DNA of 64,000 nucleotides, taken from positions 6,648 to 70,647 of the forward strand of contig JBMFQR010000006.1 of assembly GCA_049968515.1 (NCBI GenBank), written 5' to 3'. The notes beneath the pieces are model-generated. The model was not told the origin of the DNA. It worked only from the letters and a program-made list of their open reading frames with translations, and ran no database searches. The first letter of the stretch is position 1, and every line of letters starts with the position of its first letter. The stretch comes from Brevinematia bacterium. Lineage in GTDB: Bacteria > Spirochaetota > Brevinematia > Brevinematales > JAOACQ01. The position numbers and the translations under genes were made by a program. Below, in pieces: positions 58,087 through 64,000 of this stretch.

Positions 58087-59565
58087 CTATCTTTCAATTC
58101 CTTTATAGAAGAGCATTCCATTTCTCGCAATGAGGAAAACAAATCTTTTCTCATTTTTGTTTTTTTCTGCAAATCTCTTGAGGTCGTTTATATTCCTTAT
58201 TTCTGTATCGTTAATCCCAACAACAATTAGACCCGGCTCCAGTTCTCCATAGAGGGGACTATTTTCTCCAATAGAATCTATAACCACTCCAAATTCAACG
58301 GAGTTCTCCTCAAGCATTTCCTTGCTGGCATCGGAAAACTTTGCTCCAAGAAAATCTACACTTGTGACTTTCCCTTCTTCCGAAGATTTTTTTTCTTCCT
58401 TTGCAGTAAGCTGTGAAGGTCTCTCTTTGAGTTTTACATCAAACTCCATCCTCTTCTTATTTCTCATAACTTCTATCTTAACGATAGAACCTGGTGATTT
58501 ATTTCCTATCTCGTAAATAAGATCCTCTGGTGTCCCAACTTTTTTACCATCAACCTTTGTTACAATATCGCCCTTTCTCATTCCAGCTTTATCTGCAGGT
58601 CCCTTTGGCTCTACACTTGCGACCATAACACCCTCATCGGAATCTAGTCCTAAAGCCTTTCTTGTCACATCATCAACTGGCATAATGTTTATACCGATGA
58701 AGCCTCTCTCCACACTACCATGGGTCATAAGCTGTGTTGCCACCTGTTTTGCAATGTTAATGGGAATAGCGAAGCTTATTCCCTGGTAGCCTCCAGTCTG
58801 GCTCTGGATTGCAGCATTAATCCCTACAACCTGCCCCTTGATGTTTAACAGAGGACCTCCAGAATTTCCGGGATTTACAGCAGCATCTGTCTGTATAAAT
58901 CTCTGGAAGCCAGAGACCATACCTTTTCTGCCTATTGCACTGACTATACCAGTTGTATATGTCCAGCTAAGATTAAAAGGATTCCCTATTGCTACGACAA
59001 AATCTCCAACCTCAAGTTCATCAGAATTACCCAATGGTGCAACAGGCAAATCTTTTCCATCAATCTTTAAGAGTGCCACATCTGTTTCTGCGTCGTATCC
59101 AATAACCTTCGCTTCAAATTTTCTGTTGTCAGAAAGAAAGACCATAATCTTCTTTGCATCTTTAACAACGTGATAATTTGAAAAGAGATAACCGTCCTTT
59201 GTTATTATGAAGCCTGAGCCTGTAGCCTGTAGCTTCCTTTTGAATTCCTTTGGCCCCATAAAATCATCACCAAAGAACTTTCTGAAGAATGGATCATTAA
59301 AGAAATCACTATAAGGATTTTTTATAACCTGCTCTCCTTCAACCTGTATGTTAACAACAGCTGGCATTACAGACTTTGCAATGTTTCTGTATACAGTCTG
59401 TAGTTTTAAAGCTGTGTCAAGTTCGGGTGTTGATTCTACAAGTTTGTTTTTTGTCTCATAATCAAGATTTTTGCTGAATATATTCCCACTGCAGGTTAAA
59501 AATGTAAGCACTCCCACTAAAGCAAAAAACGAAATCACAAAAATCTTAATATTCTTTGCTTTCAT
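58087..59565 (-). CDS. degP: Do/HtrA family serine protease with two PDZ domains
   Basis: GSGFII, NYHVV, DVALLKI, QTDAAVNPGNSGGPL. Confidence 0.93.
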   Translation of the reverse strand: MKAKNIKIFVISFFALVGVLTFLTCSGNIFSKNLDYETKNKLVESTPELDTALKLQTVYRNIAKSVMPAVVNIQVEGEQVIKNPYSDFFNDPFFRKFFGDDFMGPKEFKRKLQATGSGFIITKDGYLFSNYHVVKDAKKIMVFLSDNRKFEAKVIGYDAETDVALLKIDGKDLPVAPLGNSDELEVGDFVVAIGNPFNLSWTYTTGIVSAIGRKGMVSGFQRFIQTDAAVNPGNSGGPLLNIKGQVVGINAAIQSQTGGYQGISFAIPINIAKQVATQLMTHGSVERGFIGINIMPVDDVTRKALGLDSDEGVMVASVEPKGPADKAGMRKGDIVTKVDGKKVGTPEDLIYEIGNKSPGSIVKIEVMRNKKRMEFDVKLKERPSQLTAKEEKKSSEEGKVTSVDFLGAKFSDASKEMLEENSVEFGVVIDSIGENSPLYGELEPGLIVVGINDTEIRNINDLKRFAEKNKNEKRFVFLIARNGMLFYKGIER

Positions 59566-59716
59566 TGAACATACCCTCCATTTAGATTATAATTTAATTT
59601 AATAAATCACATTTATTTTGTCAAAATTTATCCAGACTAAAAATGTCCAGAAATTTATTTTTATGACAATCCCGATTATGCTTAAAAATGAGATAATGAG
59701 AAAATAATTCTTTACA

Positions 59717-60547
59717 TTACCTGAAGTTCAAAAATGAGCAGATTAAAAAAACTCCTCCGGACACCATTACTATCATTGCACCGGCGGGCAGATTAAACTG
59801 CCAGCTCAAAAAGAGACCTGCAAATGAAAAGAGAGCAGATAAGATTGACGAAAGAATCATCATGGTTGCAAGATTCTTTGAAAAATAAACCGAGGTGCCC
59901 GCAGGTAAAGTAAGCATTGCTATAACCATTACTATACCAACAAATGTCTGGAGCAATACAACAGATACTGCAGTTAAGATTAGCAGGACAACAAAGATTA
60001 GATCTGTATTAATGCCACGAGCCCTGGCAAATTCCTCATCAAAAATAGAAGCCTCAATCTGCCGGTAGAACATAAAGACAAGTAGAAGAACGACAATGTC
60101 GAGAGAGGCAAGCAATATAAGGTTTTCTTTTGAAACAAGAAGAATGTTTCCGAAGAGATAACTCATTGGATCAACATATTCTGGTGTTTTCGCAATAAAA
60201 ATTATTCCGAGGCTCATTCCTATTGCCCATAGAGCGTTTATCAATGTGTCTTCCCTTTGCTTTGCTTTAAGAGAAATAATTGCTATTGTTATTGCTGTAA
60301 GTATGGCAAAAATTACTGCTCCAAGTGAAGGTGGAAAATAAGGGATTATTTTGTTTCCCGAGAGAAAAAGTGCCAGACCAATCCCCCCTAAAACCGAGTG
60401 GGAAATTGCACCTGCAAGTCCGGTAATCTTTTTTACAGAAACAATAGAACCAATCACCCCAAAAAGCACACTTGATAGAAGACTTGCTATAAAAGCATTT
60501 CTGATAAATGGCATTGATGGATCAAAAAGTACAGAGATTAAGTCCAT
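59717..60547 (-). CDS. znuB: Zn/Mn ABC transporter permease
   Basis: AISHSVLGG, YLFGNIL, FDEEFAR..G, VGIVMVIAML. Confidence 0.88.
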   Translation of the reverse strand: MDLISVLFDPSMPFIRNAFIASLLSSVLFGVIGSIVSVKKITGLAGAISHSVLGGIGLALFLSGNKIIPYFPPSLGAVIFAILTAITIAIISLKAKQREDTLINALWAIGMSLGIIFIAKTPEYVDPMSYLFGNILLVSKENLILLASLDIVVLLLVFMFYRQIEASIFDEEFARARGINTDLIFVVLLILTAVSVVLLQTFVGIVMVIAMLTLPAGTSVYFSKNLATMMILSSILSALFSFAGLFLSWQFNLPAGAMIVMVSGGVFLICSFLNFR

Positions 60548-61327
60548 TCACTCTCTCCTTAAATTCTTGCAACAATTGAAATCATCTGGCAAATCTGTAT
60601 TATGAAGAACTCTTAAAACCTCTCCGCTGTATAGATCAGAGATTCTGCTTGGGACAGGCTCAACAGCATGCCTGACAAGATAATGTTTTTTAGAAATGCA
60701 TAAGACAACATCTGTTAAACCGGATACAAACTCAGTGTCGTGAGTAACGATAAGTATTGTGGTTTTCTTTTTTAGATGTGCGAGTACGTCAAAAAGTTTC
60801 TTTTCACTTTCCACATCAATGTTTGCGGTTGGTTCATCAAGAAAGAGAATCTCCGGTTTTGAAACAAGTGCACGAGCAAGAAGAACTCTTCTTTTCTGTC
60901 CTCCCGAGAGAGAAGAATACTGCCTTTTCCTTAAGTCTTTTATATCAAGTAATTCGAGTGCCTCATCGAGCCATTTTAAATCACTTTTAACCGGAGAAAA
61001 GCCTCTTAAAAGGCCGGTTTTTATTACCTCCTCAACGGTTATAGGGAAGTTCTGCTCTGCATTAATATTCTGTGGAATATAGCCAGTTTTTATCAGGTTA
61101 TATTTTGGCTCTTTTCCGAATATCTCTATTCTTCCTCTGGTTGGTGTAAGGAGCCCCAACATAAGCTTAAGAATTGTTGTCTTTCCCATCCCGTTTGGCC
61201 CGACGATTGAGACAAATTCACCCTCATGAATGTGAAAAGATACATTATTTAAAACCTCAAAATTTCCGTAAGAAAAATAAACCTCTGTAAACCTTATTGC
61301 CACCCTGTGGTCTTGGTTTTCTTTCAT
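60548..61327 (-). CDS. znuC: Zn/Mn ABC transporter ATP-binding protein
   Basis: GPNGMGKTT, LSGGQ, LDEPT, VTHD. Confidence 0.9.
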   Translation of the reverse strand: MKENQDHRVAIRFTEVYFSYGNFEVLNNVSFHIHEGEFVSIVGPNGMGKTTILKLMLGLLTPTRGRIEIFGKEPKYNLIKTGYIPQNINAEQNFPITVEEVIKTGLLRGFSPVKSDLKWLDEALELLDIKDLRKRQYSSLSGGQKRRVLLARALVSKPEILFLDEPTANIDVESEKKLFDVLAHLKKKTTILIVTHDTEFVSGLTDVVLCISKKHYLVRHAVEPVPSRISDLYSGEVLRVLHNTDLPDDFNCCKNLRRE

Positions 61328-62178
61328 TTTAATGCCTCTGATATTGTATTTCCAATATAGTTTATATTTTCGAGCCAGTTTTGTGCAAGGGGATCTATCT
61401 CTACAATCTTTCCATCTATTGCCTTTGCAATCTTTTCTGCCGCTATCTTTGAGAATTGTTTTTGGACAAAGATTATCTTTACATTTTCTTTTTTTGCCTT
61501 TTTGACAATCTCTACAATATGCTTCTGTGAGGGCTCTTTACCCCCGAGCTCAATACTTTCCTGTTTTAAGCCAAAGCTGTCAAAAAGATACCCAAAGGCT
61601 GGATGAAAGACAAATATGGTTTTCCCTCTATGTGGAGAAAGTTTATTGCTTAGAGCTGAAAATGTCCTGTCAATCTCCGAAATATAAGCCTTATAATTCT
61701 TCCTGTAAAATGAAGCATTTTCAGGAGTTATCTCAATTAAAGCCTCAAGAATATTAGAAAGCATTGTCTTTACCTGCTTATATCCGAGCCATATGTGTGG
61801 GTCAATGATTTCTTTTTTATGGTTCTCTTTTTCATCGGAATGCGATTCAATATTTCTATACTCTACGTTTTTTGCTGTGTCATATATTCTTAGAGATGGA
61901 TATAAGGATTTTATCTTAGGTAGAATACCTCTTTCAAATTCAACATTGATTGTGAAATAAGCACTTGCTTTGCCAATCTCTGCCATTTGTAAAGGAGAAG
62001 GCTCATAGTCATGGGGCGAAGCACCCACTCCAGCAAGTGTTACCACTTTAACCTTTTCTCCGGAGATTCTTGTCACAAACTCATGCTGTGGAAGTATGCT
62101 TACAATTATAATGGGTTTATCGAGAGAAAAGATTAGATTGCCAGCCAGAAAAACTAAGAAAAGAAGTACTCTAAACAT
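61324..62178 (-). CDS. znuA: Zn ABC transporter substrate-binding protein
   Basis: SPHDYEP, DPHIWL, HPAFGY; ATG at 62178 with AAGGAGGG SD and a signal peptide. Confidence 0.88.
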   Translation of the reverse strand: MFRVLLFLVFLAGNLIFSLDKPIIIVSILPQHEFVTRISGEKVKVVTLAGVGASPHDYEPSPLQMAEIGKASAYFTINVEFERGILPKIKSLYPSLRIYDTAKNVEYRNIESHSDEKENHKKEIIDPHIWLGYKQVKTMLSNILEALIEITPENASFYRKNYKAYISEIDRTFSALSNKLSPHRGKTIFVFHPAFGYLFDSFGLKQESIELGGKEPSQKHIVEIVKKAKKENVKIIFVQKQFSKIAAEKIAKAIDGKIVEIDPLAQNWLENINYIGNTISEALK

Positions 62179-62229
62179 TTCTCCCTCCTTTTGAGAAAAA
62201 TTAACTTTTTCAATCATTAAGTACTGGGC

Positions 62230-62259
62230 TGTCATTCTGAGCGAAGCGAAAAATATCTC
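62230..62259. repeat. single arm resembling a palindromic intergenic repeat family
   Basis: TGTCATTCTGAGCGAAGCGAAAAATATCTC; only one copy seen in the window. Confidence 0.4.
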
Positions 62260-62463
62260 ACTCCTGGATGCAATTTCAGTAAACAAAAAGTCTTATCACA
62301 CCAATATACTCTTCAACTCTTATATCTTTCAACATCGTTTATTATTTTAAAGAAGAGATAAATAAATCTCAAATTTTTGATATTCTGTATGTTTCAATAA
62401 AATTAAAATGTCATATTAATTCCCCATATGAAAAAGTGTGGGAAATTAATATTAAAATAAAAT

Positions 62464-62492
62464 TTGACTTGAGATTTTATTCTAATTATAAT
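62464..62492 (+). promoter_or_regulatory. sigma70 promoter of cimA
   Basis: TTGACT-17 bp-TATAAT. Confidence 0.75.
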
Positions 62493-62510
62493 TGTTGTGG
62501 GAGCTTCATA

Positions 62511-64000
62511 ATGGAAAAAAAGAAGATACTTATTTATGACACAACCCTAAGGGATGGGAAACAGGCAGAGGGAGTTAATTTTTCTCTGATTGATATGATA
62601 AATATTGCAAAAAAGCTTGATAGTTTTGGTATTGACTATATCGAATGTGGCTGGCCGGGTGCATTACCGAAAGACAAAAGCTTTTTCGAGGAGATTCAAA
62701 AAGTAGAGCTAAAGCATGCAAAGGTCGCTGCCTTTGGAAGTACCAGACATGCAAAAAACAAGGTAACAGAAGATCACAATCTTAAAGAGTTGATAAATGC
62801 AAAGACTCCAGTCGTTACAATATTTGGAAAGAGCTGGGATCTTCATGTAAAGGATGTTTTCAGAATTCCTCTCGATGAGAATCTACTTTTGATTTATGAA
62901 TCAATTGCATTTCTCAAGGACCACAAAAAAGAGGTCATTTTTGATGCTGAGCATTTTTTTGATGGTTTTATAGACAATCCAGAATATGCCCTTAAAGTTT
63001 TGCAGACCGCAGAGAAGGCTGGAGCAGATTGGCTTGTTCTTGCCGATACAAATGGTGGAATGATACCTGAAAAAATAAGGGAGATTATAGCGAAGATTTC
63101 AGGTGAGGTGAAAACACCTCTCGGTATCCATGCACACAATGATAGCGAATGCGGTGTGGCAAATAGCATTGAGGCAGTTAGATCTGGGGCTTTGCAGGTT
63201 CAGGGAACCATAAATGGTATAGGAGAAAGATGCGGAAATGCAAATCTTTGTTCAATAATTCCTAATCTCTACTTTAAGATGGGATGTGTGTTTGAGAAAA
63301 TTGGAGAGAAGGAGTTAAAAAGGTTGACAGAAATTTCCCATTATGTTTATGAACTTGCCAATCTCACCCCGGATAACCGTCAGCCATATACAGGGCTTAG
63401 TGCTTTCACTCATAAGGCTGGTGTTCATGCAAACGCAGTTGAGAAAAACCCAAGAACCTATGAGCATGTGCCTCCTGAAAGTGTTGGAAATAAAAGAAGG
63501 ATTCTGATTTCAGAACAAGCTGGAAAGTCCAACATCATTGAAAAGGCAAAGGAAATGGGCATAGATATCCCGAAAAGTTTTGTGCCGGTTGTGGTTGAAA
63601 AAATAAAGGAGCTTGAAAATCTGGGATATGAGTTTGAAGGTGCCGATGCAAGCTTTGAGCTTCTGGTAAAGAATATATGTGGACAGTTTAAAGAAAAGTT
63701 TAGCATTGAATCATTCAAGACCCTTATTTACTATTCCGGAGAGAGGAATGTCATAGAAGCGACTGTAAAAGTCAAGGTTGGTGAACTTGAACAGCTTACC
63801 GTTGCAGAGGGAGATGGTCCTGTCAATGCTTTAGATATTGCTTTAAGAAATGCACTCTCGGTATTTTACCCGGCAGTTAAGGGGGTGAAGCTTTTAGACT
63901 ACAAGGTAAGAATTTTAAACCCCAAGGCTGGGACTGCTGCAATCACAAGGGTTCTTGTTTCATTCAGATATGATGGTATAGAGTGGGGTACTGTTGGTGT
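62511..64000 (+). CDS. cimA: citramalate synthase (3'-truncated by window; absent from the ORF track)
   Basis: hand translation: MEKKKILIYDTTLRDG.QAEG, GWPG, FGKSWDLHV, DAEHFFDG, HAHND, GERCGNANL, HKAGVH, GDGPVNALD, DYKVRIL. Confidence 0.9.
   Translation, partial: MEKKKILIYDTTLRDGKQAEGVNFSLIDMINIAKKLDSFGIDYIECGWPGALPKDKSFFEEIQKVELKHAKVAAFGSTRHAKNKVTEDHNLKELINAKTPVVTIFGKSWDLHVKDVFRIPLDENLLLIYESIAFLKDHKKEVIFDAEHFFDGFIDNPEYALKVLQTAEKAGADWLVLADTNGGMIPEKIREIIAKISGEVKTPLGIHAHNDSECGVANSIEAVRSGALQVQGTINGIGERCGNANLCSIIPNLYFKMGCVFEKIGEKELKRLTEISHYVYELANLTPDNRQPYTGLSAFTHKAGVHANAVEKNPRTYEHVPPESVGNKRRILISEQAGKSNIIEKAKEMGIDIPKSFVPVVVEKIKELENLGYEFEGADASFELLVKNICGQFKEKFSIESFKTLIYYSGERNVIEATVKVKVGELEQLTVAEGDGPVNALDIALRNALSVFYPAVKGVKLLDYKVRILNPKAGTAAITRVLVSFRYDGIEWGTVG

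Noticed and set aside
62276-62335. 19-codon minus-strand ORF upstream of znuA
   Set aside because: No SD and no metal-binding residues; expected by chance.
1-64000. CRISPR arrays, IS elements, integrases, prophage or defence genes, att duplications at tRNAs
   Set aside because: No regularly spaced repeats, no recombinase, transposase or phage motifs, and no tRNA 3'-end duplications seen by eye.

Overview
AT-rich, gene-dense bacterial chromosomal segment, mostly core genome. I saw no CRISPR array, transposase, integrase or prophage genes. Gene content suggests an anaerobic, carbohydrate-using diderm, most likely a spirochaete (inference): Lnt, small beta-barrels, a FecR-PEGA-propeller protein, LacI-type sensor fusions, a LamG-FN3 protein, NfnAB and a Na+/H+-PPase. 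Housekeeping genes: cinA, tRNA-Cys, tRNA-Leu, tRNA-Tyr, an isolated dnaN, hppA, thrS-infC-rpmI-rplT, nadE, recG, lnt, hisZ, purA, glnS, rny, ahcY, gltX, apgM, suhB, degP, znuABC and cimA (runs off the window). Accessory or regulatory genes: two diguanylate cyclases, a LacI-sensor/PP2C phosphatase, a STAS protein, an ECF sigma/anti-sigma pair, GH5, GH10 and a CBM-like lipoprotein. Best leads: (1) excess [S/T]-N dipeptides in exported proteins plus an orphan O-antigen-ligase-family enzyme, a possible protein glycosylation system; (2) a sigma54-type promoter with two 17-bp palindromes upstream of a stand-alone FMN glutamate-synthase-family gene next to nfnAB; (3) a GSA-aminomutase-like protein lacking the PLP lysine, coupled to a sugar-sensing phosphatase; (4) a long structured leader on hppA; (5) an anti-sigma gene with two strong start sites; (6) an unannotated decayed SAH-hydrolase-like gene before ahcY. 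All are hypotheses from reading the sequence; no searches were run.
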